From sequence record SRR22947727_2503: a stretch of 64,000 nt of DNA; one strand, 5' to 3'. Shown here in pieces: positions 1 to 9,879 of this stretch. A program made the translations under genes and the position numbers. Positions within the stretch are counted from its first letter, which is position 1. Each line of letters begins with the position of its first letter. The notes below the pieces were generated by a model that saw only the letters and a program-made list of their open reading frames with translations, was not told the DNA's origin and ran no database searches.

Positions 1-39
1 GAGTCTAGCGTCACGCAACACGAAGCCGCTTTAACGCTT

Positions 40-1932
40 GTGTCAGGTCAGATTACGGGGGCTTTGGGCTATACGCCTCTCTCGACAGAGACTGACGATC
101 AAACTCTAGACGAAGTTCTGGCTCAGGGTAACACTTCAAGTAGGAACATTACCGCTGGAGCTATTACAGGTTCCGCGCTCACCATTGATACTGATACACT
201 TTTTGTTGATTCGTCTAATGACAGAGTTGGCATAGGAACAGCAAGTCCAGACTATCTCTTAGATATAGGAGGTGATACAGCTAGCGCTAATAACACAATC
301 AGAATGGTTCAAGCTAATAATGGAACCGCTATAAGAATAGGCGCTGGAGGAGGTAGTAACGATGTAAACCTTTTGAGGGTCGATGGAGGCACTAGCGTTA
401 ACAAGGGGGAAAGCGACTCTGCTAATTTCGGATTCTCTCTAAGATACAAAGGTTCAGGATCAGGAGCTAATAATTCTCTAGCATTTTTTGCTGATAATTC
501 AACTGCTGGTTCTCAAATTGAAGCTCTTACTATTTTAAATGATGGTAAAGTAGGTATAGGGTCAACAAGTCCTTCTGAAAAACTGCATATTGGCTCAGGC
601 ACTGTACCAGCAGTTACGCTTGACGGAGTGCTTCTAACTCTTGGTACTGGTAATCAATACTATCAAGCGTCAGACGGTACTAAAACTGTCTTTATGGGTG
701 TTGATAGTAGTTCCACTGGTATTGTTGGCATGTATACTAATCATCCTTTAGGTTTTAGGACGAACAACCAAGAAAGGATGAGTATACTAGCCAATGGAAA
801 CATCGGAATCGGAAAAACTAGTCCAAATGAGAAGTTAGATGTTGCTGGTAACATAGCTGCAACTGGCTATTTAAACACTGACACCTCAAGCTCTCGTTCT
901 AAGTTAAGGCTTTATGGCTCTTCGGATGTCTACGCTATTGGTATGCAAAGTGGGCTTAGTTATGGTGGGCTGGGTGCTGATTGGGCAATGACGTTCCAAT
1001 TTAGTAATTCCTCTGGCCGTGGGTTCTGGTGGGGAGACTCTTCCCACACCAATGCTCAAGGAGCAATGGCTCTTACAACGGACGGACGTCTAACTGTAGC
1101 GAGTAAAATTAGAGTAGGTTATGGTGAGTCAGATACAACTAGTCCATCTGTACCTTTAGATGTTAGCGGTGATGCTAATATATCTGGTAACGTTGGTATA
1201 GGAACAAGTTCTCCAGCTTCTCTACTTCATTTAGCATCAACAGGTCCAGCGGTATTGACTATCGAAGCGGATACCGATAATGTAACTGAAACAGATAATG
1301 CTCGTATCGTCTTGAAACAAGATGGAGGTGCGGTGGTCGGCAGAATTGGTTACGAAAATAATACTAATGCATTAGAAATTATTAATGAATTCGCTGATAG
1401 TTTATCTCTAGGAACAAATGGCAACAAAAGATTCACTATTACTGGGTCTGGCAATGCATCTTTCACTGGTTCTGTTGGTATAAATACAAGCAGCCCCGCA
1501 CAGAAATTGCATGTATATCAAGGGACTGCACGATTTGAATCAACAAATGGTAGTGGTTTCTCATTACAGATTGGTCGCAGTGATCTTGCTAACTTGTGGG
1601 GTTTCAACCACGCTGGTGGTGACTTAAGAATATATAACACAGGAGGATCGGGTTACGATATCATGTTTGGAGTTGATGCGAGTGGTACGTCTCAATCCAA
1701 TAAAGTTGGTATAAATACAGCGAATCCAAGTACAGCTCTTCATGTAGAAGGAACCATCACACATAAAGTCTATACCGTAGCAGCATTACCATCTGCTTCT
1801 CCAGCAGGTCAAAGATCGTTTGTTTCTGACGCAAGTAGCGTATTAGATGTTAATCTTGGCGCTACTGTATCTGCGGGAGGTAGTAATTTAGTTCCCGTAT
1901 TCTCTGACGGAAGCAATTGGATAGTGGGTTAA
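40..1932 (+). CDS. Tail fibre / receptor-binding protein, C-terminal part (5' end probably upstream of the window)
   Basis: Repeated G-[NK]-VGI[GN]T-x-SP motifs typical of long phage tail fibres; Gly/Ser/Thr-rich; frame is open back to the window edge. Confidence 0.8.
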   Translation: MSGQITGALGYTPLSTETDDQTLDEVLAQGNTSSRNITAGAITGSALTIDTDTLFVDSSNDRVGIGTASPDYLLDIGGDTASANNTIRMVQANNGTAIRIGAGGGSNDVNLLRVDGGTSVNKGESDSANFGFSLRYKGSGSGANNSLAFFADNSTAGSQIEALTILNDGKVGIGSTSPSEKLHIGSGTVPAVTLDGVLLTLGTGNQYYQASDGTKTVFMGVDSSSTGIVGMYTNHPLGFRTNNQERMSILANGNIGIGKTSPNEKLDVAGNIAATGYLNTDTSSSRSKLRLYGSSDVYAIGMQSGLSYGGLGADWAMTFQFSNSSGRGFWWGDSSHTNAQGAMALTTDGRLTVASKIRVGYGESDTTSPSVPLDVSGDANISGNVGIGTSSPASLLHLASTGPAVLTIEADTDNVTETDNARIVLKQDGGAVVGRIGYENNTNALEIINEFADSLSLGTNGNKRFTITGSGNASFTGSVGINTSSPAQKLHVYQGTARFESTNGSGFSLQIGRSDLANLWGFNHAGGDLRIYNTGGSGYDIMFGVDASGTSQSNKVGINTANPSTALHVEGTITHKVYTVAALPSASPAGQRSFVSDASSVLDVNLGATVSAGGSNLVPVFSDGSNWIVG

Positions 1933-1960
1933 TAAATAAAAACAATTAAAAAACAAAAAA

Positions 1961-2311
1961 ATGGCTAACACATATAACTGGGAAATTAACGCAATGGATA
2001 GATATCCAACGCAAGACTCATTAACTGGAGTAGTTCACACAATTCATTGGCGCATGTATGCCACCTCAGATCAGACGGGTGAAGATAACGAACCTTACAC
2101 CGCTAATGTATTTGGAGCTTACAATTTGAGTGAACCTGAAGCTGAAAATTATATTGAATACGAAGATTTAACACAGTCAATTGTGGAAGGTTGGCTTGAG
2201 AATGGTAATTTAGATGTCGAGCAAATGAAGAGCGACCTTGATTATCAAATTAACCAATTAATAACCCCGTCAAATTTGACAGAAGCTCCCCCGTGGACGA
2301 ATTCTAACTAA
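1961..2311 (+). CDS. Small acidic protein following the tail fibre (putative fibre assembly/chaperone)
   Basis: 116 aa, W-rich, YIEYEDLT..VEGW motif, C-terminal PPW; directly downstream of the fibre gene. Confidence 0.5.
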   Translation: MANTYNWEINAMDRYPTQDSLTGVVHTIHWRMYATSDQTGEDNEPYTANVFGAYNLSEPEAENYIEYEDLTQSIVEGWLENGNLDVEQMKSDLDYQINQLITPSNLTEAPPWTNSN

Positions 2312-2356
2312 AATTTTAGTTGAAACAGGGTTAATGTTTGTTATTATCAAGTAGTA

Positions 2357-2533
2357 ATGAACGAAATTAAACTCTCTCTACAGGAAAACGAAACCAACGT
2401 ACTTCTGCAACTTATTGATGTCGCAATCAAGGCTCAAGGTCTTCAGGTCGCTGAAGCTGGGTCTTTCCTAGCGAATAAAATTACTGAACAGGTAAAAACT
2501 CAAATTGACCCACCCGAAAAAGGAGGGGAGTAG
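2357..2533 (+). CDS. Hypothetical protein, 58 aa (MNEIKLSLQENETNVLLQLIDVAIKAQGLQVAE...)
   Basis: Manually translated ORF below the track cutoff; amphipathic helix. Confidence 0.6.
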   Translation: MNEIKLSLQENETNVLLQLIDVAIKAQGLQVAEAGSFLANKITEQVKTQIDPPEKGGE

Positions 2534-2613
2534 AGAAATAAGCTTGGTAAATTTTTAAAAAAGACATTGACAGCCCAGCCATAGATCGTTATGGTTGGGC
2601 TGTTACGCTAAAT

Positions 2614-2916
2614 ATGAGTCAAGAAATCGTAAATATCTCAGTCAGCAAATCCGACATATTTAATTATGTTGTGGGTAAAGCTTCTTATGATCCAATTGAG
2701 AAGTGCATCGATCCAACTCTATACGAAACGTATTCAGATTTTATTCTGCGTAATGATGGAGACCAGCAGGAGTACATCTACCAAGATAGAGATTATGAAC
2801 TCTTCTATAAGGAGATGAGTAAACTAAAAAAATTATCCAAAGGTATGAGTGGGGGCGAAATCATTCGCATCTGTGAAGAACTGCAAGAGATGGCTCCAAA
2901 AACAATCAGCTTATGA
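2614..2916 (+). CDS. Hypothetical protein
   Basis: 100-aa ORF downstream of a TTGACA at 2567. Confidence 0.6.
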   Translation: MSQEIVNISVSKSDIFNYVVGKASYDPIEKCIDPTLYETYSDFILRNDGDQQEYIYQDRDYELFYKEMSKLKKLSKGMSGGEIIRICEELQEMAPKTISL

Positions 2917-3332
2917 GACCTTTTGAGAAAGCTGTATACGACATGCTAAAACGACAAGAATCTATGAAATACGAAGAACTAAGTGAATTAGTGATTGAGT
3001 GGGGAGAAAGTAAAGGGATTTTAGATTCTTCTACCCCACTTCGACAACTGGACAAGACGCAAGAAGAGCTTGATGAAACAAGAGCAGCTTTAAAAAAGCT
3101 AAATGATTTTGATTATCAGCGAGATTTAATGGAAGATCTTGGGATGCCTATTTCAAATAAAGAGGATATTCTTGCAGAAGTCAAAGATGGCATTGGTGAT
3201 ATGTTAGTTACTATTGTTTTACTTGCTAAGATGGTGGATCTGGATACTACAGACTGTTTAAATGCAGCTTATGATGTAATCAAGCAGCGCACTGGTAAGA
3301 TGGTAGATGGGCAATTTGTTAAAGATAATTAA
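2913..3332 (+). CDS. MazG-like nucleotide pyrophosphohydrolase
   Basis: KTQEELDE...DGIGDMLVT and AYDVIKQRTGKMVDGQFVK match the phage MazG-like pattern. Confidence 0.8.
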   Translation: MRPFEKAVYDMLKRQESMKYEELSELVIEWGESKGILDSSTPLRQLDKTQEELDETRAALKKLNDFDYQRDLMEDLGMPISNKEDILAEVKDGIGDMLVTIVLLAKMVDLDTTDCLNAAYDVIKQRTGKMVDGQFVKDN

Positions 3333-3506
3333 AAAACATTTAAAATGAGAAAAGCAGCAGTTTTTGAGAAAAAAAAGAAGATCAAGAGGAAGGGTATTCA
3401 CGCCAAAAGCAAAACATCCACCACTAAAACGTCTACAAATTACAAAAAACCCTATAGGGGTCAAGGAAAATAGTACAAATTTTTGATTTTAGGTGTAATA
3501 TAATAC

Positions 3507-3701
3507 ATGGACGCTATTATTTCTCTTGTTGAGGACGAAGCTTGGTTTAGTTGGGTTACTGCTATTATTGCAGCAGCATCAATCATTGCCGCCGCCTCCC
3601 CAACCCCACAAAAAGGTTCTTGGTTATCTAAGATCTACTCCGTTATTGATTTTCTGGCTGTAAATGTCGGAAAAGCTAAGGAAAAATCCGAAGATAAGTA
3701 A
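3507..3701 (+). CDS. Small membrane protein (holin-like)
   Basis: Hydrophobic helix, AASPTP motif, IDFLAVNVGKAK, charged C-terminus. Confidence 0.5.
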   Translation: MDAIISLVEDEAWFSWVTAIIAAASIIAAASPTPQKGSWLSKIYSVIDFLAVNVGKAKEKSEDK

Positions 3702-3730
3702 TACTTTTTAGTATATTATAAACCTTAAGC

Positions 3731-3766
3731 TCCCTCACTCTGAATATTCGGGGTGAGGGACTTTTT
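3731..3766 (+). terminator. Intrinsic terminator
   Basis: TCCCTCACTC/GGGTGAGGGA stem followed by a T tract. Confidence 0.6.
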
Positions 3767-3837
3767 GTATAAAAATCTTTTCACCAAGGGGAAATATTCT
3801 CTTGACAATCCGAGGGTAAATAGTGTAATACATACAC

Positions 3838-4089
3838 ATGAAGATTACAGGTAAGCAGGAAGTCGAAATTGAGATCTCCGAGGGTCAAAGACACTTGATT
3901 GCTCTTGATTACATTTCAGAGTTATTTGAATGGGACACCGACTATTTTATTGAAGATGGCTGGGTGATTAAAAGAGAGATTGCCCATACATCACATTCAT
4001 TTGAAATGAAGACTAAAGTAAGAAAAGCTGGCAAGCAGGATCAATACCTGTATGACATGTTTAAAACTTTGAAGAGGCAGTCTTTTTAA
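3838..4089 (+). CDS. Hypothetical protein
   Basis: 83-aa ORF with TTGACA and GTGTAA motifs upstream. Confidence 0.6.
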   Translation: MKITGKQEVEIEISEGQRHLIALDYISELFEWDTDYFIEDGWVIKREIAHTSHSFEMKTKVRKAGKQDQYLYDMFKTLKRQSF

Positions 4090-4328
4090 CCGTTAAAAAC
4101 GGAACCGTTCCCAGTGTAACGCAAGCCAGCATCAAAGGGGGATATATATAGAGACTCGTCTTGACCTAAGTCTCTGATCTTCTTATTGAATTCTCTAGTA
4201 ATGTGGTCATTAAGTTCGCTATCAGGATAGTCATTGTAAAACCCAGTGACTTCTGCTCTGTAGCCAGTCCAAGTTCCTGATACAAAAGAGAAGTCTGAAT
4301 GTATTTCTGATTGAGTTAATCGTGGCAT
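4086..4328 (-). CDS. Hypothetical protein
   Basis: 80-aa ORF in a minus-strand run. Confidence 0.55.
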   Translation of the reverse strand: MPRLTQSEIHSDFSFVSGTWTGYRAEVTGFYNDYPDSELNDHITREFNKKIRDLGQDESLYISPFDAGLRYTGNGSVFNG

Positions 4329-4331
4329 ATC

Positions 4332-4847
4332 TTATTCTCCTTTAGCTTTTTTGATTTGATCTGGGGTAGGCGCTCCTTTATCGCCTTTCTTCCTCATTTT
4401 CTCACCAGAGCCGCTCTTGATTCGATCCTTCTTCTTTTTGATGTTTTCCCACAGGCTGCTATCAGATTTTTCTTTTTCTTTTAGGATCTCGTCATGACGC
4501 TTCATGAACGTTTTGTGGTCTGGCCCAGCCATATATAAAGTCTTACCGTCTTTTGTTTTGTGAGGGTGGATGCCTTTAAGACCTAACTTCTTAGCATCCT
4601 TCAGAGCCTCTTCTTTTGTTTCGAAGTAGTGCTGCATTACATTAGGCGCTGCGCTAGAGAAAAACAAAATCTTATCCTCTTCTCCAAGAATTACGGAAGC
4701 TTTGCTCTCAGCATCTTCAAATTGAGAAGAACATACAGCGGCCCTTTGCTTGATATCTTTGAACTCATCCTTAGCTGCGAGATCAACCATGCAACGGCTC
4801 ATAAATTTAGACCTTTTTTCTGCGTTTCTGGGTGTTGGTAATGGCAT
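4332..4847 (-). CDS. Basic hypothetical protein (possibly head-associated)
   Basis: 171 aa; KFMSRC..AAVC..QF module; SLWENIKKK..GEKMRKKGDKGAPT module. Confidence 0.6.
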   Translation of the reverse strand: MPLPTPRNAEKRSKFMSRCMVDLAAKDEFKDIKQRAAVCSSQFEDAESKASVILGEEDKILFFSSAAPNVMQHYFETKEEALKDAKKLGLKGIHPHKTKDGKTLYMAGPDHKTFMKRHDEILKEKEKSDSSLWENIKKKKDRIKSGSGEKMRKKGDKGAPTPDQIKKAKGE

Positions 4848-4879
4848 ACTACTTATTACACCTAAAATGTTTTATTTTT

Positions 4880-5170
4880 TCACTTTTTTAAGTGCATATT
4901 TTCAAGAACCCAAGGAATCACAAGATTCTCAACACATCTCACATAAGCCTCTTCATCGTTTATTTCCATGAAGGCTAGACCTGTCATCTCAAAAATCATA
5001 TGAGTTGCTTCATGAACTAAGGTCCACCAGTGCTGTTCTGGATCTTCTAGGCATTTTTTATTCAATTTAATTACCTTATCATCCATCAAACATTCTCCCC
5101 AATCCTCCATTTCCTCGTAAATAATTTTAATCTTCTTGCTAAGGATATTTACGGAAGAGATTTTTTTCAT
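4880..5170 (-). CDS. Small HExxH metallopeptidase-like protein
   Basis: TLVHEATH motif with downstream EE. Confidence 0.6.
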   Translation of the reverse strand: MKKISSVNILSKKIKIIYEEMEDWGECLMDDKVIKLNKKCLEDPEQHWWTLVHEATHMIFEMTGLAFMEINDEEAYVRCVENLVIPWVLENMHLKK

Positions 5171-5174
5171 TATA

Positions 5175-6011
5175 TTAACGGTGAAGAGCTATAGTAAAAT
5201 CTGCATTAACAGACCCATTATTGCCATTTGCATTAACAACATTTACTAAAATATCTGTTTTTGGCTCAAGGGCAATAGGATTTTGTAATTCTTGTGTATG
5301 AGAATTTTCTGTAGTGATAGAAGTGACTTCTTGCACTCTAAAAACTTTGCCGTATTCTCTTGTTTTTAAATGTAATGTATATCCAATACTCGATGAACTC
5401 TGAGTATTTTGAGCGGAAGCTTCGTATTGAATTAAATAACCTGTTGTATTCTCTGGAACAGTATAAACTGCCATTAAAGTTTGGTTATTTGCATTAAGTA
5501 TTTTTGCATAAGAAGTGCTATCATCTCCACTTGCATGGATATTGATATCCCCCGCAAAATCAGTATTATCGTTATTGAAAGCCCTAAAGACCCTAGACCA
5601 AGCTCCATCTACATTCACTTCAGATAACCCATTTAAGTTGCCAGTCCAACTTGCAGTGTTAAAATCCTGATCTAAACCTTGAATGATGATTTCTTGATTA
5701 TCTCCACTATTATCAGATTTAACCTGAATACCTGTTCCAACATCAGGAGGAAATACATACCCTGTAGAGCCGTCCCAAACTGTTTCTGGAGAGGAAAGAC
5801 TGACATCATTTGATATATCTGGGTTTGATCCAAACTTTAAGATTCTGTCATTAGCATTTGCGCTGAGATTATCAGCATAAGACCCTAAATCTCCTAAACT
5901 CATTGGCTTCCAATAGGAATTAGATCTATCCCACACATAATTAAATGGAATATTAAAATTTCGGTTAGACTGTAGTTGCCAAGCGTTTGTTACTACTTGA
6001 TTCTCGCTCAT
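5175..6011 (-). CDS. Hypothetical, probably structural beta-rich protein
   Basis: 278 aa; KFGSNPD, QGLD, YTVP motifs; GTGTAA upstream motif. Confidence 0.55.
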   Translation of the reverse strand: MSENQVVTNAWQLQSNRNFNIPFNYVWDRSNSYWKPMSLGDLGSYADNLSANANDRILKFGSNPDISNDVSLSSPETVWDGSTGYVFPPDVGTGIQVKSDNSGDNQEIIIQGLDQDFNTASWTGNLNGLSEVNVDGAWSRVFRAFNNDNTDFAGDINIHASGDDSTSYAKILNANNQTLMAVYTVPENTTGYLIQYEASAQNTQSSSSIGYTLHLKTREYGKVFRVQEVTSITTENSHTQELQNPIALEPKTDILVNVVNANGNNGSVNADFTIALHR

Positions 6012-6067
6012 GCCTATAATTACACTTAATTCTTGACATTTTTGAGTATTTAATTAAAATAAAAAGA

Positions 6068-6292
6068 ATGAGCATACAAGAAGAATTAGATTTGATTAAG
6101 AAAGCTAAAGCGCGTGTATCAGAGCTAGACCTAGAAAAACGAAAGGTTTTTAATGATTTAGTCCAAGAAATCGAACCTTCTGGCAGATTAGAAAGCACAA
6201 TGTGGGATTATGTGGTGGCTGGAATCAACTGTTACGAATACGATCTAGAACCCCTCCTAAAAAATAGGCGAAAAACTCTTGACGTTAAGTAG
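6068..6292 (+). CDS. Hypothetical protein
   Basis: 74-aa ORF behind TTGACA-N16-TAAAAT. Confidence 0.6.
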   Translation: MSIQEELDLIKKAKARVSELDLEKRKVFNDLVQEIEPSGRLESTMWDYVVAGINCYEYDLEPLLKNRRKTLDVK

Positions 6293-6315
6293 CTGCCCGA
6301 TATACTCACGGAGTT

Positions 6316-6813
6316 ATGAATATATTTTGCCTCGACAAAGACCCTGAGATTGCAGCCCAAGAGCATTGCGACAAGCACTGCGTCAAGATGATCCTTGAAT
6401 GCAATCAACTCCTCTGCACCACATTCTGGATGCAAGATATTGAAGCTCCATACAAGAAGACTCACTACAACCACCCATCTGCGATTTGGGCTAGAGAATC
6501 CCGGGGCAACTTTGAGTGGCTCACTCAGCATACTGCGGCCCTTCTCAAAGAATACACCAGTCGATACAAGAAGATCCACAAAAGTACAGAGACTTTTATT
6601 TGGGTTTTAGAGAACAAGCATCGTTTACAATTTGACAAGCAAGAGCAGACAGAGTTTGCTGTAGCTATCGCTCAAGATCAAAGATGCAGACAACTACCAA
6701 ACTTCGAAACACTTTCTGTTGTAGAAAAGTATCGCGAGTATTATAATCACGACAAATCTTACATGGCAAAATGGCAATACAGCGAAACGCCAAAGTGGTA
6801 TACCGCAAAATAA
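6316..6813 (+). CDS. Pyrimidine-dimer DNA glycosylase / endonuclease V-like protein
   Basis: MNIFxLD..AA..HCDKHxVKMILE..QLL, YKKTHxNHPSAIW, YREYY..DK pattern. Confidence 0.8.
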   Translation: MNIFCLDKDPEIAAQEHCDKHCVKMILECNQLLCTTFWMQDIEAPYKKTHYNHPSAIWARESRGNFEWLTQHTAALLKEYTSRYKKIHKSTETFIWVLENKHRLQFDKQEQTEFAVAIAQDQRCRQLPNFETLSVVEKYREYYNHDKSYMAKWQYSETPKWYTAK

Positions 6814-6916
6814 AAAGAATAATATTTGGGACTACATTTTTTTGTTTAATCACGGGATATGCTATTGGAATTTGGGTTTCTATTGTGCTAACCTATATAA
6901 AAGAGTACTTTAATTT

Positions 6917-7687
6917 ATGAGATTATCCAAGAATGCTAAAGTAGCTTTTCTAAATCTCAGTTTAGACTCCTTCAATCATAAAAACATTTGGAAGAAGTTC
7001 TTTAATGGTGGGGACAAAGAAACCTTCAACCTTTATATCCACTCTAAAAATAAAAAGTGTTCTGTATTCAAAGACCACTTCATTAAGAATACCGTTCCTA
7101 CGAAGTGGGGACAGTTCTCTCTAGTCGAGGCTACCATAGAGCTAATGAAATCTGCGCTAGTGGACGAACAGAACGAATACTTTACACTGATTAGTGATTC
7201 CCACTTACCTCTATATAGCCTAAATGAGACTGTGGATTTGATAAAACAAAGATATAATATCTTAACATTCACAAAGCACTTTAGTTTTCATACCAAAGTA
7301 AAGAGCCAAAAGATTTTTAAAGAGGGGATCAAAGGGTATGATTTTGGTGAGTATAATGCTGTTTGCCAGTTTTTTGTCTGCCGAAGAAGAGATGTGGAAA
7401 CATTTATTGAGACTTTTGAACATTGGTCTCAGTTCTTTGTAAAAGAAAAAGTTGTATTCGCTGATGAGTTTTATTTTTGGGGGATAGCTGAACAGTTGGG
7501 GATGGACTTTAAGATGGGTCAAGCAACAACTTATTCTGATTGGAGCTTTAGAAAATTACCTGATGGTAAATTAGAGAGAAACCCAAGAGCGTTTAATACA
7601 TTCAACAAAGCTATGCTTGAAAGCTACAGAAATCAAGGCTTCTTGTATGCTAGGAAAGCAATGCCAAGCACTTTAATAACATTTTGA
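6917..7687 (+). CDS. Core-2/I-branching type glycosyltransferase (GT14-like)
   Basis: LYIH, TKWGxFSLVEA, LISDSHLPLY, ADEFYF, YSDW, YARK motifs. Confidence 0.8.
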   Translation: MRLSKNAKVAFLNLSLDSFNHKNIWKKFFNGGDKETFNLYIHSKNKKCSVFKDHFIKNTVPTKWGQFSLVEATIELMKSALVDEQNEYFTLISDSHLPLYSLNETVDLIKQRYNILTFTKHFSFHTKVKSQKIFKEGIKGYDFGEYNAVCQFFVCRRRDVETFIETFEHWSQFFVKEKVVFADEFYFWGIAEQLGMDFKMGQATTYSDWSFRKLPDGKLERNPRAFNTFNKAMLESYRNQGFLYARKAMPSTLITF

Positions 7688-7696
7688 TTTAAAAAC

Positions 7697-8314
7697 ATGA
7701 AAAATACAGTAGAATTACTTGGACACTATGGATCTGATGAGGTCATCGCTTGCAGCGCGTGGACTTCAACGAGTAGAGAGTTAGATGAAAAGAAAAGACA
7801 GAGAATTCCGAAGCTCATCGACATGCTTTGGAGTAACGGACACGAAACACCCTTTGAGAAGGGCAGCGTTCACTTTCTTGTTGACTGTGATATCGCTTCT
7901 CACATTCATTTACTCAAACATAGGATTAGTTCTCTCAACGCTGAGTCGGCTCGCTACAAAGAGCTTAAAGAAAATAAAATGTTTATTCCTGAAGATTGGC
8001 CAGCGTTTTGGCAGAGGATCTTAGAAGAGTATGCCGAAGATGGAAATAGGCTTTACCACAAATGTATTGCTGATCTTGAGCCAGAGTTAGGGCGCAAACG
8101 AGCAAAAGAATCCGCACGGTTCTTTAAGACTTACAATAGTCGCATCCAAGCAGACGTTCAATTCAACATGAGAAGCTTTGCTAACTTCCTCAAACTTAGG
8201 AATAGTGAACACGCTCAAAAAGAAATTAGAGAAATTGCTCAAAAAATGCTTGACTTAGTTGAGAATATCGAAGATAGTCCGTTTCAACACACCTTAAATA
8301 GTTGGGGTTATTAA
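7697..8314 (+). CDS. thyX: FAD-dependent thymidylate synthase
   Basis: GHETPFE, KHRxxSxNxESARY, NMRS..NFLKLR..HAQxEIR. Confidence 0.93.
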   Translation: MKNTVELLGHYGSDEVIACSAWTSTSRELDEKKRQRIPKLIDMLWSNGHETPFEKGSVHFLVDCDIASHIHLLKHRISSLNAESARYKELKENKMFIPEDWPAFWQRILEEYAEDGNRLYHKCIADLEPELGRKRAKESARFFKTYNSRIQADVQFNMRSFANFLKLRNSEHAQKEIREIAQKMLDLVENIEDSPFQHTLNSWGY

Positions 8315-8317
8315 ATT

Positions 8318-8554
8318 ATGCAAATTAAAAAAATTGAACTTAGCTCACTTCAGCAAGTTCGCACTTATGAGTTGGAGGACGGAGATATCATTGATAACTT
8401 TGGTTCTATAGAAAGATTTCAGAAGATTCTTGATGACTCTGAACAGCCTACAGAAGAAGAAGATGAAATGTTATCTAACATTCTGAGCGAATGCCCAGTA
8501 GAAGTAGATAATATTATGGGTGGCATTGAAGAGTCGTTTTTTGAATACGAATAA
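8318..8554 (+). CDS. Acidic hypothetical protein
   Basis: 78-aa ORF, strongly D/E-rich. Confidence 0.6.
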   Translation: MQIKKIELSSLQQVRTYELEDGDIIDNFGSIERFQKILDDSEQPTEEEDEMLSNILSECPVEVDNIMGGIEESFFEYE

Positions 8555-8642
8555 AAATGAATACTGAAGCAGTGTGGTTGTTTGTCGCACTGATTGCGAT
8601 GCTAATATTACTCATTAATTGTTTTAATCAATAAATAGAAGA

Positions 8643-8718
8643 GGGTGCATAGTCCAATGTAGAGACGGGGCGATATAAAGCTTGTCAACGTGTGAGTTCG
8701 AATCTCACTGCATCACCA
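8643..8718 (+). pseudogene. Degenerate tRNA-like sequence
   Basis: GGTGCA/TGCATC acceptor pairing, T-arm GTGAG-TTCGAAT-CTCAC, 3' ACCA; D-loop lacks GG and the anticodon arm is irregular. Confidence 0.55.
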
Positions 8719-8726
8719 ATAATATG

Positions 8727-9083
8727 ATGAATAGAGAAATTAAATTTAGAGCGTGGCACAATAACGCTAAAAGATACATGGAAGACCTTTGTTTGTATCT
8801 TGATAGCGGAGAACTTGGTGATGTTAGTGAATGTTTTCATAATCTTGAGAGCAGAGAAGATTATATTCTTGAACAATACACTGGTCTTAAAGATAAAAAC
8901 GGTAAGGAGATTTATGAGGGGGATATTTTACAAACCTCTGAATCAGATGGCGTTTGGTCAGATCAAAAAAATGGGGTTGTTGTAAGCGATATTAGACACC
9001 CTTTCGGAAACGCTCATTTATTTGAGGTTATTGGTAACGTTCACAAAGGAATTTTTAAGGATAAATCAACAACCAATGAATAA
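8727..9083 (+). CDS. YopX family protein
   Basis: REIKFRAW..., QYTGLKDKNGKEIYEGDIL, EVIGNVH. Confidence 0.9.
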   Translation: MNREIKFRAWHNNAKRYMEDLCLYLDSGELGDVSECFHNLESREDYILEQYTGLKDKNGKEIYEGDILQTSESDGVWSDQKNGVVVSDIRHPFGNAHLFEVIGNVHKGIFKDKSTTNE

Positions 9084-9321
9084 AAAATTAATAAAAATGG
9101 ATGGCTACGATGACTGTATTGTCGGGGTAGTAGAGAGGGCTGGTCAAGAACCGATTCTCTGTTACGACAAGGAGAAAGTTCTTTGTAAACTGGAATCCCA
9201 AGACATGAACAGATCCGAGGCAGAAGAGTTTTTTTATTATAATCAAATGGGAGCGTGGATGGGTGACTCTACTCCATGTTTTTTATCAAAGGAGCTTGAC
9301 AAGTATGAGCTTCTATCTTAG
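9076..9321 (+). CDS. Hypothetical phage protein
   Basis: DGYDDCIVG...YDxEKV...EAEEFFYYN..GAWMG..TP. Confidence 0.65.
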   Translation: MNKKLIKMDGYDDCIVGVVERAGQEPILCYDKEKVLCKLESQDMNRSEAEEFFYYNQMGAWMGDSTPCFLSKELDKYELLS

Positions 9322-9363
9322 AGTCCTGAAAAGAGCGAAGACTTCGCATTAAAACAAAAGAAA

Positions 9364-9783
9364 ATGAAAACGAAATTATTACTAGTTACATCTCTAACAC
9401 TTTGCGCGTTTGCAACTTGGAGTTGCTTTAGGAGTCCTGAAGTCAAAACAGTTACTCAAGAAAAGATTGTTTATCCAGAAAAGGTTGAGGCTTGTGTATC
9501 TCTCACTAAATTTCAACTGGAGAAGATGCTTGGGCATTTCAATGAGGACGATCATCCTTCTGAAATGAAGCGTTTTAAAAGTTTGGTTAAGAGAGAGGGG
9601 GATAGATGGAGGATCTCTTCGACTCACTTGGCGAAGGGTGCAGAAAAATATTCCCTTCCAGATGGCAACTTTTTTGTGGTCGATGCTTCTTTCATTGATT
9701 ATCATGGAGACTTCAAGGATTGCATTAACTACGCTCACAGTTATAAAGATAATCACGAATATATTGTAGTGTCAGCTAAGTAA
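9364..9783 (+). CDS. Hypothetical protein with N-terminal signal/anchor
   Basis: MKTK followed by a hydrophobic stretch. Confidence 0.6.
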   Translation: MKTKLLLVTSLTLCAFATWSCFRSPEVKTVTQEKIVYPEKVEACVSLTKFQLEKMLGHFNEDDHPSEMKRFKSLVKREGDRWRISSTHLAKGAEKYSLPDGNFFVVDASFIDYHGDFKDCINYAHSYKDNHEYIVVSAK

Positions 9784-9788
9784 ATTTA

Positions 9789-9874
9789 GGCTCTGTGGCG
9801 GAATTGGTAGACGCTGCGGATTTAAAATCCGTTGATCCTAGATCGTGAGGGTTCGATCCCCTCCAGAGCTACCA
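9789..9874 (+). tRNA. tRNA-Leu(TAA)
   Basis: GGCTCTG/CAGAGCT acceptor, GCGGA-TT-TAA-AA-TCCGT anticodon arm, long variable arm, TTCGATC loop, encoded CCA. Confidence 0.95.
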
Positions 9875-9879
9875 CTTAA

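Noticed and set aside
40-1932. Diversity-generating retroelement target in the tail fibre
   Set aside because: No reverse transcriptase and no template/variable repeat pair seen in the window.
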